A stretch of DNA of 13,246 nucleotides from a virus (lineage: Duplodnaviria; Heunggongvirae; Uroviricota; Caudoviricetes). Shown one piece after another: positions 1-8,406 of this stretch (positions are counted from its first letter, which is position 1; each line of letters begins with the position of its first letter). The notes under the pieces are model-generated. The model was not told where the DNA came from. It ran no database searches and was given only the letters and a program-made list of their open reading frames with translations. The stretch lies in the IMG/VR virus record IMGVR_UViG_2541047805_000002; one strand, given 5' to 3'. The position numbers and the translations under genes are program-made.

Positions 1-258
1 ATGCAAACCGTTATTTTTGGTCGTTCGGGTTGCCCTTACTGTGTGCGTGCAAAAGATCTGGCTGAGAAATTGAGCAATGAACGCGATGATTTTCAGTATC
101 AGTATGTAGATATTCGTGCGGAAGGGATCACTAAAGAAGATCTACAACAAAAGGCAGGTAAACCCGTAGAAACCGTGCCGCAGATTTTTGTCGATCAGCA
201 ACATATCGGCGGCTATACCGATTTTGCTGCATGGGTGAAAGAAAATCTGGACGCCTGA
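1..258 (+). CDS. grxA: Glutaredoxin 1 (85 aa); window begins at its start codon, so the promoter is not visible
   Basis: 85-aa ORF with the CPYC active-site motif; translation is near-identical to E. coli GrxA as I recall it. ATG at position 1, TGA at 256-258. Confidence 0.93.
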   Translation: MQTVIFGRSGCPYCVRAKDLAEKLSNERDDFQYQYVDIRAEGITKEDLQQKAGKPVETVPQIFVDQQHIGGYTDFAAWVKENLDA

Positions 259-267
259 TCGTCTGAC

Positions 268-300
268 AAGCCCTCGCGTTGAGGGCTTTACTGATTTTTT
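268..300 (+). terminator. Putative rho-independent terminator downstream of grxA
   Basis: Inverted repeat AAGCCCTC / GAGGGCTT (268-275 and 281-288, 5-nt loop) followed by TACTGA and a T6 run (295-300). The U-tract is not directly adjacent to the stem, so this is tentative. It overlaps the 3' end of convergent ybjM. Confidence 0.4.
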
Positions 301-665
301 CTGTGCTGTGGTTTAAACAAACTACTGATAAATAAGAAACACAGTGCCCCCAGCGCACACCAGAACACCGCGCTTAGTAACCATGCCAGCTCTTGCCAGA
401 ATGAGCGCGTCGGTGAAAAAAACAGCCGCATAATGAGCATCGAACAGGGTGCCGCCAGCATTGCGCCAAACAGAGGTTTCAGGACTTCTCTACGCTGTGA
501 AAAGAAGCTGGCGACTGCTCCAGGAAGAATGAAAAATAGCAAGCCGATTTCAGGATGCCCGGCAGCCCGAAAAGCGCCTTTCATGTGCGTCGCCAGAAAA
601 AGGCACACCACAATGAAGAGGACAAAACAGCAGATTGCCCCCGCCCAACGTTGTTTATGTTTCAC
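288..665 (-). CDS. ybjM: Inner membrane protein YbjM (125 aa)
   Basis: 125-aa hydrophobic ORF matching E. coli YbjM by recall; GTG start at 665-663 preceded by AGGAGG at a 5-nt spacing; convergent with grxA as in K-12. Confidence 0.88.
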   Translation of the reverse strand: MKHKQRWAGAICCFVLFIVVCLFLATHMKGAFRAAGHPEIGLLFFILPGAVASFFSQRREVLKPLFGAMLAAPCSMLIMRLFFSPTRSFWQELAWLLSAVFWCALGALCFLFISSLFKPQHRKNQ

Positions 666-934
666 TCGTTCCTCCTGACACTGCGTCTATCGAACACATT
701 TTTCGCCAGTGTGGCGTTCAGTAAGATAAAGCCGCTTCGCATTCCATGCTAATATAGGCCAACGCAATTCATATAGCCGTTGATACCTAATGTGATTACA
801 CTAGTAAAATATATTGTTACTTTACTATCGTTTAGGTGCGCTGAATGAATCTGCGCCCTGAATTCTGGTAAAAAACATTATCGTAAATTACCATTTCTTT
901 CAACAGCTTACTAGTAAACAAGAAGTTAGCCTCC

Positions 935-2620
935 GTGAATATAAACGTCGCCGAATTGTTAAATGGGAATTACATTCTGTTATTATTTGTGGTCCTCGCG
1001 CTTGGGCTATGTCTCGGAAAGTTACGACTTGGTTCGATCCAACTGGGTAATTCCATTGGCGTTTTAGTCGTATCGCTGTTATTAGGCCAACAACATTTCA
1101 GCATTAACACCGATGCGCTTAATCTTGGCTTTATGCTGTTTATTTTCTGCGTCGGGGTCGAAGCCGGACCGAACTTTTTTTCCATTTTTTTTCGCGATGG
1201 GAAAAATTACCTAATGTTAGCACTGGTGATGGTTGGCAGTGCGCTGGTGATCGCCTTAGGGTTAGGTAAGCTGTTTGGCTGGGATATTGGCCTGACGGCC
1301 GGTATGTTAGCAGGCTCTATGACGTCGACACCGGTTCTGGTCGGTGCTGGCGATACACTGCGTCATTCCGGCATGGAAAGCAGGCAGCTCTCACTGGCAC
1401 TGGATAATCTGAGCCTCGGGTATGCCTTAACCTATTTAATCGGTCTGGTGAGTTTGATTGTTGGTGCGCGTTACTTGCCGAAATTGCAGCATCAGGACTT
1501 ACAGACCAGCGCCCAGCAAATCGCCCGCGAACGTGGCCTGGACACTGATGCCAACCGTAAGGTTTATTTACCGGTGATCCGCGCCTATCGCGTCGGCCCG
1601 GAACTGGTGGCCTGGACCGACGGCAAAAATCTGCGTGAACTGGGTATTTATCGACAAACCGGCTGCTACATTGAACGTATTCGACGTAACGGGATTCTGG
1701 CAAATCCAGACGGTGATGCCGTGCTACAAATGGGCGATGAAATAGCGTTGGTAGGCTATCCCGACGCCCATGCCCGACTCGATCCCAGCTTCCGTAACGG
1801 TAAAGAAGTTTTCGATCGTGACCTTCTCGACATGCGTATCGTCACTGAAGAAGTGGTCGTTAAAAACCATAACGCTGTAGGTAAACGTCTCGCACAACTG
1901 AAGTTGACCGATCACGGTTGCTTCCTTAACCGCGTCATTCGTAGCCAGATTGAGATGCCGATAGATGACAACGTCGTGCTTAACAAAGGTGACGTTTTAC
2001 AAGTCAGCGGCGATGCCCGCCGCGTAAAAACCATCGCCGATCGCATCGGCTTTATCTCGATTCACAGCCAGGTCACTGACCTGCTGGCATTCTGCGCCTT
2101 CTTTGTTATTGGGCTGATGATCGGGATGATCACCTTCCAGTTCAGCACATTCAGTTTCGGCATGGGGAACGCTGCCGGGTTGTTATTCGCCGGAATTATG
2201 CTGGGCTTTATGCGTGCTAACCACCCGACCTTCGGTTACATTCCGCAGGGTGCATTAAGCATGGTGAAAGAGTTCGGCTTGATGGTGTTTATGGCAGGCG
2301 TTGGTCTGAGCGCCGGTAGCGGTATTAATAACGGCCTGGGCGCGATTGGCGGTCAGATGTTGATTGCCGGATTGATTGTCAGTCTGGTGCCCGTGGTTAT
2401 CTGTTTCTTGTTCGGTGCTTATGTATTGCGAATGAACCGCGCGCTGTTGTTCGGCGCAATGATGGGCGCACGTACCTGCGCACCGGCAATGGAGATCATC
2501 AGTGATACAGCTCGCAGTAACATCCCGGCGCTGGGCTATGCGGGCACCTATGCAATCGCCAACGTCCTGCTGACGCTGGCAGGGACAATCATCGTCATGG
2601 TATGGCCAGGATTAGGATAA
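935..2620 (+). CDS. ybjL: Putative transporter YbjL (AAE-family permease, 561 aa)
   Basis: 561-aa ORF with GTG start at 935; hydrophobic N- and C-terminal membrane domains flank a soluble central region; matches E. coli YbjL by recall in sequence and length. Confidence 0.92.
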
Positions 2621-2732
2621 AACTGAAGTTGCCCTGAAAATGAAATTTTTTTGCACAACCGCAGAACTTTTCCGCAGGGCATCAGTCTTAATTAGTGCCA
2701 CTGCTTTTCTTTGATGTCCCCATTTTGTGGAG

Positions 2733-2776
2733 CCCATCAACCCCGCCATTTCGGTTCAAGGTTGATGGGTTTTTTG
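2733..2776 (+). terminator. Rho-independent terminator, probably terminating ybjL transcription
   Basis: Perfect 10-bp inverted repeat CCCATCAACC (2733-2742) / GGTTGATGGG (2760-2769) followed directly by TTTTTT (2770-2775). It is functional only on the + strand; the minus strand has no T-run after the stem. Confidence 0.6.
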
Positions 2777-2855
2777 TTGCCTGAAATTTAAGATGTTTAA
2801 AATCATGATGTTAGAAGCACTGTTTTTTAACGATGGCGACAAAATGGCGGCAGCG

Positions 2856-3074
2856 TCAAAGAGAGAGCGCCACCTGTCCTGATTTCATTGGATGCGGCTG
2901 AACTGGATTCGACTCTTTTGGTGTTGCAATCGAACGAACAAAAGTTTCATGGGTAACAAAAGTATGGCTGCAGTTAATGTTCTGGCACTGGTTATAACGC
3001 TCTTTGGTCAATGAAGATACCTGAAAACTGCTGCGAGTATGGGCGGCACTTCCACACAGTGGGCAAATCATCAT
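2856..3074 (-). CDS. ogr: Ogr/Delta-family zinc-finger late transcription activator (72 aa)
   Basis: Cys4 motif C-x2-C-x22-C-x4-C (CPLCGSAAH...CQNINC) and overall similarity to P2 Ogr by recall. I chose the ATG at 3074-3072 because GGGGAGA lies about 9 nt upstream; the track's GTG at 3107 would add 11 residues. Sits immediately downstream of D, as in P2. Confidence 0.85.
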   Translation of the reverse strand: MMICPLCGSAAHTRSSFQVSSLTKERYNQCQNINCSHTFVTHETFVRSIATPKESNPVQPHPMKSGQVALSL

Positions 3075-3104
3075 TTTTCGAGTTCTCCCCATTTTTGCTA
3101 AATT

Positions 3105-3140
3105 CACAACAATGATACCGTATTATTCCATTTTGCAAAC
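3105..3140 (-). promoter_or_regulatory. Candidate sigma70 promoter for ogr
   Basis: On the minus strand, TTGCAA (-35-like), a roughly 15-nt spacer, then TATCAT (-10-like), placed about 30-60 nt upstream of the ogr ATG. The spacer is short, so this is weak. Confidence 0.25.
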
Positions 3141-3164
3141 TTAAAAGTTCTCCATTGCGAAGAA

Positions 3165-4265
3165 TCATTCCATTTCGAAATCATCAATCCTCACTTCAAG
3201 CTCCAGACTGGTCGTAAAACCGTTATCCGGGCTGACGGTATGTGTCAGGGTGGTAATGGTCCATTCCGCATCATCTATCGGCTGTTTAAAACCACTGACC
3301 TTCACAGACATTTCCGTGTAGAGATCTGCCCGCCCTTCTGCCAGTTGTAGAGAAAATGACGCAACGCCGCGTTGCAGGCGTTCCCACTGCATTTTCGCCG
3401 CTCGTTCGGCGTTGCTCCGGTTGGCATAGGTGCGATTAAGTACCAGCACGTTTTCATCCGTACCCACCAGGTAATCGCCCTGCTTCGCTTCTGGCTCTTT
3501 CTTCTGCTTCTTAGTTCTGCGCTTACGCTTCACCGTGGTGCTTTCTTTCTTCGCAGGTTCGCGGGTATGCAACCAGCTGGCAATTACGCCCGTGTAGGCT
3601 CCGCGATCTGCCAGGGTAAATCGGTGACTGTCGCCGTCCTTGCGTGTGATAGTGATCACTGGCAGAGGTTTACCAGTGGCGCTTTTGCCCTGCCCCTGCC
3701 GGATGAATAACAGATTGCCATTTTTCACCGACGCGATGGCACCGTACTGTCTCGCCAGCCGCATCAGAAAACTGCCGTCACTCTCATTAGTCTGGTCTAT
3801 ATGCTCCACGGGCTTATCCGACAGGTCTTTACCCAGTGCCATCTTCAGCTTGTGCCGCGCGGCAATTTCCTGCACCACTTCCCCGACGGTGGTCTTATGC
3901 CACGATTTTTCACGGCGGGTATTCAGCGTTTCCCGAAAATCAGCACTTCGCGCCCGGATAGTCAGGCGGTCCGGTGCGCCAGTGTGTTCAATCTCGTCCA
4001 CTGTGAATGCCCCTTTCGGGAAAAGCGGCTGCCCCTTCCAGCCCAGCGCCAGCGTAATGACCGCACCACGGCGCGGCAGCACGATTTTTCCGTCAGCGTC
4101 ATCCAGCTCCAGATCAAGCTGGTCCGCTTCAAAGCCCCGGTTATCCGTCAGCGTCAAACTCATCAGGCGGTTATCCAGCACAGTGGTGATATCCCTGCCC
4201 TCAATACTGATGCTGAATGCGGGAGTTTTGTTGCCTTTGTTAAGCAGTTCAGAGCTGAAATTCAC
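3165..4265 (-). CDS. Phage late control gene D protein (tail protein gpD, 366 aa)
   Basis: Translation resembles P2 gpD-family tail proteins and the gene is in the U-D-ogr position. The only start that gives translational coupling is GTG at 4265-4263, which overlaps the U stop (GTGA). Confidence 0.85.
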   Translation of the reverse strand: MNFSSELLNKGNKTPAFSISIEGRDITTVLDNRLMSLTLTDNRGFEADQLDLELDDADGKIVLPRRGAVITLALGWKGQPLFPKGAFTVDEIEHTGAPDRLTIRARSADFRETLNTRREKSWHKTTVGEVVQEIAARHKLKMALGKDLSDKPVEHIDQTNESDGSFLMRLARQYGAIASVKNGNLLFIRQGQGKSATGKPLPVITITRKDGDSHRFTLADRGAYTGVIASWLHTREPAKKESTTVKRKRRTKKQKKEPEAKQGDYLVGTDENVLVLNRTYANRSNAERAAKMQWERLQRGVASFSLQLAEGRADLYTEMSVKVSGFKQPIDDAEWTITTLTHTVSPDNGFTTSLELEVRIDDFEME

Positions 4266-4747
4266 GACAGCAGCCCTCCCACCGTTTTACTGATATCGCT
4301 TAAGGCAGACGTTGCCGTGTCCTGCAGATTATTCAGTTGCGCACTGAGATCACCGAACATATCGGACAGGGATTCATCCACTCGTTTGAGCGACAGGGTG
4401 AACTCAATCCGGCGCGGCATACCGTCGCGGAAAAACTCCGTTTTAGTCTGATTCAGTCCCTCAATCACATACATACCGTAAATCGTGCCGCTGCCTTCAA
4501 TCAGGGGCCATGCTTTCCCCTGTTCTGCCATCTGCTCCAGTGCCAGCAACGACAGCCTGCCGCCTGTTATCTCCGGCATAAGAACACCGGAAAGCGTCAG
4601 CATGTCGTTTTCCGGTCCCAGAAACTGCGTGGACGGACGTCGGTTTACCCGACTGTTTGCCGCATGTCGCCAGCTGCGTTGATACTGCAGTTCCTGATAC
4701 GGCACGGTGCGCAGCATAAACACGTACAATCCCAGCACCATCATCAT
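4262..4747 (-). CDS. Phage tail protein U (gpU, 161 aa)
   Basis: Translation (MMMVLGLYVFMLRTVPYQELQYQRSWRH...) is similar to P2 gpU by recall; the ATG at 4747-4745 overlaps the stop of the T fragment (ATGA). Confidence 0.87.
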   Translation of the reverse strand: MMMVLGLYVFMLRTVPYQELQYQRSWRHAANSRVNRRPSTQFLGPENDMLTLSGVLMPEITGGRLSLLALEQMAEQGKAWPLIEGSGTIYGMYVIEGLNQTKTEFFRDGMPRRIEFTLSLKRVDESLSDMFGDLSAQLNNLQDTATSALSDISKTVGGLLS

Positions 4748-5685
4748 GCGTCGTATCCCCCCTGATCGCTGTAGTTACTCCTGGCTTTTGCCTTCAGCCT
4801 GCGTTCACGTTCATCAAGCTGGCGTGCCACCTCCCGAGCAATATCCTGCGCACTTTGTCCTGGCTGCGTCTGAATGATGATCTGCGTCGGTACCTCAATC
4901 CGTTGAACGAGCGGCACAGTGGCTGCGCGACTCACAATTGCTTCTCCACCTTTCGCGGGGAGTGCCAAAGGGTGCAACGGTGGAAGCTCTGCTGGCGCGG
5001 CAGCAACGCCCATCATTCCGGCAACAACGGCAGCCAGTGCAGCTGTATTTCTCCGGCTGGTCACATTTGCCGGGCCGTTAACAATTTCCGGCCCGTTTTC
5101 ACCGACGATGCCAAACTGCCCGCGCGGGATATACCCGCCGCTGTCATACATCCCCGCAAAGCCATACCCCCATGACGGAAAACCACCCGATGGCATCATC
5201 ACTTTACCGTCTGCATTCACCGTCGCAGGTTGCTGACGCGTCACGCTTTCCGGCAGTTTTGCCTTTGCGGCCTCTTTACTGACAATGCCAAGTTTCTCCA
5301 GCAACCAGGAAACGCCGGATTTCAGGGAGTCCAGCGGATGCATGACCATATTCAGCCCTTCCGCCAGTGCCTCTCCGAATCGCCGCCCCATTGCCGCTGC
5401 ACTCTGCAGTTCGGCAGAGGTCGACTTAACGGGCGTCAGCAGATCAGTAAACCAGCCCCACAGCGCCTGTACTTTGTCGCCAATCCACTGGAACACGGGC
5501 TTAAGCGGTTCGAACGCTGCACTGACGGGACCTGCCGCCGCTTTGAATCCTTCCACCACGCCACCAAGAAATGCGGTGATGGGTTGCCAGTATTTCCAGA
5601 CAACCAGCGCCACGCCCGCCAGTGCAGTAACCACAAGACCTATCGGACTGAGCAGAGCACCTAACAGACCAGATAGGAAGCACCA
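4744..5685 (-). pseudogene. Tail tape-measure protein gpT, C-terminal fragment only (about 300 of roughly 800 codons)
   Basis: The T frame is open from the stop at 5700-5698 down to 4744 and encodes a hydrophobic segment ([27 protein letters not shown]) followed by a Gly/Ala-rich tape-measure-like C-terminus. There is no N-terminal two-thirds and no native start; upstream sequence switches abruptly to terminase coding sequence. Confidence 0.8.
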
Positions 5686-6352
5686 TCGGATCGCCTTTCA
5701 GCTCCACCTCCACTTCTTTGGCGAAGTCGATGATGTACTGCTTAAAGACGTGGGCCTGTGCCTTACTGGCGGAAAGGAAAATCTGGTTACGCCCGGTTAG
5801 CAGGGCGTCAATCAGGGCTTCACGGGCAAAATAGAAGGTCGCGCCGATCTGGCGTGACTTCAGCAGGTTGCGGATGCGGTTGGTTTTTCCGGCTTCCCAC
5901 CAGTGGCGCTGGTAGTTGAACATGGAGGAATGGAAGATTTCTTCCAGCTTCTCAATCTGTTCATCGGTGAAAACGTTCTTTTCCGGCTGACGGCGCGGGC
6001 CTTTGTTGCGGTTGGCGACGTTAGGGTTTAAGTCGGCTTCGTTGCCGCCATTGTTAAACTTGCCGATCCGCGCATGGCGCTCCGACTGGCGCGCCAGCAG
6101 GTCAATCTCTTTGAAATCTTTCCCTTCTTTGTGCTCCTTCATAATGAGCTGGCAGTAGCGTGCGGCGGTGGTGAGCTGCATCTGATCCAGCGGCCCATAG
6201 TCACCCCACTTGTCGCGTTTTTTCCAGCTGTGAACGGTTGCAACTTTCTCGCCCAGCATTTCAGCAATGCGGGCTACGCGGTATCCCTGAAAGTACAGCA
6301 GCATGGCCTGCCGACGGGGATCGAGATCTGCGGGTGTCAGTGTGGTGTTCAT
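5678..6352 (-). pseudogene. Terminase large (ATPase) subunit gpP, N-terminal fragment only (about 225 of roughly 590 codons)
   Basis: ATG at 6352-6350. Residues 1-225 align with P2 gpP by recall (…[12 protein letters not shown]…HSWKKRD…[21 protein letters not shown]…GDPMVL). After about 5678 the frame runs through out-of-frame T-derived sequence to a stop at 5501 (track ORF 5501..6352). Confidence 0.83.
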
Positions 6353-6396
6353 GGCACAAACCTACAGCCTTGAATGAAGGCTTTCCCCGCCTGCGG

Positions 6397-6418
6397 TTTG
6401 TGTGGTTGTCGGTACAAA
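6397..6418. promoter_or_regulatory. Candidate Ogr/Delta activator-binding dyad of the late promoter for the O-N-M-L operon
   Basis: TTTGT-N12-ACAAA dyad with TGT at 6399-6401 and ACA at 6414-6416. Its centre is about 87 bp upstream of the O start codon, so roughly -55 to -60 if the transcript starts near the weak -10-like CATAAG at 6454-6459. P2 late promoters are known to carry a TGT-N12-ACA element at about -55. Confidence 0.5.
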
Positions 6419-6494
6419 TACCGCGCATTGTTTCACTGCCCCCATCACCGCAACCATAAGGCTCCAGTAAGTTTTTTCTAACGGAGCACGGCTC

Positions 6495-7328
6495 ATGACA
6501 GTGAAAGCAAAGCGTTTTCGCATCGGGGTGGAAGGTGCCACCACCGACGGACGCGAAATCCAGCGTGAATGGCTGGAACAGATGGCAGCCAGCTACAACC
6601 CGGCGGTGTATACCGCGCTGATTAACCTTGAGCACATCAAGTCTTATCTGCCGGACAGCACCTTTAACCGCTACGGCAAGGTGACGGCGCTGTTTGCTGA
6701 AGAAATCACGGAAGGTCCGCTGGCAGGCAAGATGGCGCTGTATGCCGACGTTGAGCCAACGGAGTCCCTGGTGGAACTGGTGAAAAAAGGCCAGAAATTA
6801 TTCACCTCTATGGAAGTCAGCCCGAAGTTCGCTGATACGGGCAAAGCCTACCTGGTCGGCCTGGCTGCCACTGATGACCCTGCCAGTCTGGGTACGGAAA
6901 TGCTGACATTCAGCGCCAGTGCAGCCCATAACCCGCTGGCAAACCGCAAGCAGAATCCTGCCAATCTCTTTACCGCTGCAGAGGAAACGGTGATCGAACT
7001 GGAAGAAATCCAGGACGACAAACCGTCCCTGTTTGCCCGCGTCACGGCGCTGTTTACCAAAAAAGAGCAGTCCGATGACGCCCGGTTCTCTGATGTGCAT
7101 AAGGCCGTGGAGCTGGTCGCCACTGAGCAGCAAAACCTGAGCGCACGCACCGAAAAATCCCTGTCTGAGCAGGAAGAACGCCTGTCTGAGCTGGAGACTG
7201 CCCTGCAGGCACAGCAAACCGCCTTTAACGAACTGGTGGACAAGCTGAGTCATGAAGACAGCCGCCAGGACTACCGCCAGCGTGCAACAGGCGGTAACGC
7301 CCCCGCTGACACTCTGACCAATTGCTGA
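6495..7328 (+). CDS. Capsid scaffolding protein gpO (277 aa)
   Basis: Clear similarity to P2 gpO by recall (RIGVEGATTDGR…INLEH…YLVGLAATDDPASLGTE…ATGG…TNC); GGAG about 10 nt upstream of the ATG; divergent from P as in P2. Confidence 0.9.
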   Translation: MTVKAKRFRIGVEGATTDGREIQREWLEQMAASYNPAVYTALINLEHIKSYLPDSTFNRYGKVTALFAEEITEGPLAGKMALYADVEPTESLVELVKKGQKLFTSMEVSPKFADTGKAYLVGLAATDDPASLGTEMLTFSASAAHNPLANRKQNPANLFTAAEETVIELEEIQDDKPSLFARVTALFTKKEQSDDARFSDVHKAVELVATEQQNLSARTEKSLSEQEERLSELETALQAQQTAFNELVDKLSHEDSRQDYRQRATGGNAPADTLTNC

Positions 7329-7344
7329 TGGAGCACAAAACCCG

Positions 7345-8403
7345 ATGAAGAAGAATACCCGCTTTGCTTTTAACGCTTACCTGCAGCAGCTGGCGCGTCT
7401 GAACGGTGTGGCAGTTGAAGAACTGTCCAGCAAGTTCACCGTGGAGCCGTCTGTACAGCAGACGCTGGAAGACCAGATCCAGCAGTCCGCCGCTTTCCTG
7501 ACGCTGATTAACGTCACGCCAGTGACTGAGCAGTCCGGTCAGCTGCTGGGGTTGGGTGTTGGCAGCACCATTGCCGGAACTACTGATACCACCGCGAAAG
7601 AGCGTGAACCTGTCGATCCGACGCTGATGGTCGATGTGGAATACAAATGCGAGCAGACCAACTTTGACACGGTGCTGACCTACGCGAAGCTGGACCTGTG
7701 GGCGAAATTTCAGGATTTCCAGGTGCGTATCCGTGACGCCATCGTGAAACGTCAGGCACTGGACCGCATCATGATCGGCTTTAACGGCGTGAAGCGTGCG
7801 AAAACCTCCAACCGTAGTGAAAACCCGCTGCTGCAGGATGTGAACAAAGGCTGGCTGCAGAAAATCCGTGAGGATGCACCGGATCACGTCATGGGCAGCA
7901 CCACCACAGGCGGTGAAACCACACCGGGCGCGGTGAAAGTCGGTAAAGGTGGCGAATATGCCAACCTGGACGCCGTGGTGATGGATGCCGTCAATGAGCT
8001 TATCGACGTGGTCTACCAGGACGATGACGATCTGGTGGTGATTTGCGGTCGTGAACTGTTGTCTGACAAGTATTTCCCACTGGTCAACAAAGAGCAGGAA
8101 AACAGTGAAAAACTCGCTGCCGATATGATCATCAGTCAGAAACGCATGGGTGGCCTGCAGGCCGTGCGTGCGCCGTTCTTCCCGCCGAATGCACTGCTGA
8201 TCACCCGTCTGGATAACTTGTCCATCTACTGGCAGGAAGACACCCGCCGCCGTTCAGTTATCGACAACCCGAAACGTGACCGGATTGAAAACTTTGAATC
8301 CGTTAATGAAGCCTATGTGGTTGAGGACTACCGCTGCGCCGCACTGGTGGAAAACATCCAGATTGGTGATTTCAGCGCCGCCGCAGCAGAAGCCGGAGCG
8401 TAA
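7345..8403 (+). CDS. Major capsid protein gpN (352 aa)
   Basis: 352-aa ORF called as P2 gpN-family major capsid protein from its size and position immediately after O in the conserved O-N-M-L order. Confidence 0.9.
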   Translation: MKKNTRFAFNAYLQQLARLNGVAVEELSSKFTVEPSVQQTLEDQIQQSAAFLTLINVTPVTEQSGQLLGLGVGSTIAGTTDTTAKEREPVDPTLMVDVEYKCEQTNFDTVLTYAKLDLWAKFQDFQVRIRDAIVKRQALDRIMIGFNGVKRAKTSNRSENPLLQDVNKGWLQKIREDAPDHVMGSTTTGGETTPGAVKVGKGGEYANLDAVVMDAVNELIDVVYQDDDDLVVICGRELLSDKYFPLVNKEQENSEKLAADMIISQKRMGGLQAVRAPFFPPNALLITRLDNLSIYWQEDTRRRSVIDNPKRDRIENFESVNEAYVVEDYRCAALVENIQIGDFSAAAAEAGA

Positions 8404-8406
8404 ACC

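Noticed and set aside
433-1915. Small ORFs overlapping ybjM and ybjL (433..678+, 555..752+, 970..1185-, 1317..1703-, 1724..1915-)
   Set aside because: They sit inside or antisense to host genes whose products match known proteins over their full length; no support as separate genes.
2631-2691. Possible imperfect hairpin (GCCCTG … CAGGGC) just downstream of ybjL
   Set aside because: The arms are short and far apart with no T-run; not convincing as a terminator or as an att core.
3075-3107. Longer versions of ogr (GTG at 3107), gpL (9090) and gpJ (10643) as listed in the ORF track
   Set aside because: Internal ATG codons with well-spaced Shine-Dalgarno sequences give products matching the expected lengths (72, 154 and 302 aa); the extensions have no RBS support.
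3372-5800. Plus-strand ORFs of 100-217 aa (3372..3710, 3640..4293, 3801..4451, 4337..4765, 4855..5175, 4919..5236, 5230..5664, 5285..5800) overlapping D, U and the T fragment
   Set aside because: They lie antisense to genes with clear phage-protein similarity, have low-complexity Ser/Arg/Pro-rich translations and no convincing RBS; they are typical shadow ORFs in GC-rich coding DNA.
6341-6358. A second TGT-N12-ACA match (TGTGGTGTTCATGGCACA)
   Set aside because: It overlaps the P start codon, so it would be downstream of any P transcript start, and it lacks extended dyad symmetry; simple TGT-N12-ACA matches are expected by chance a few times in 13 kb.
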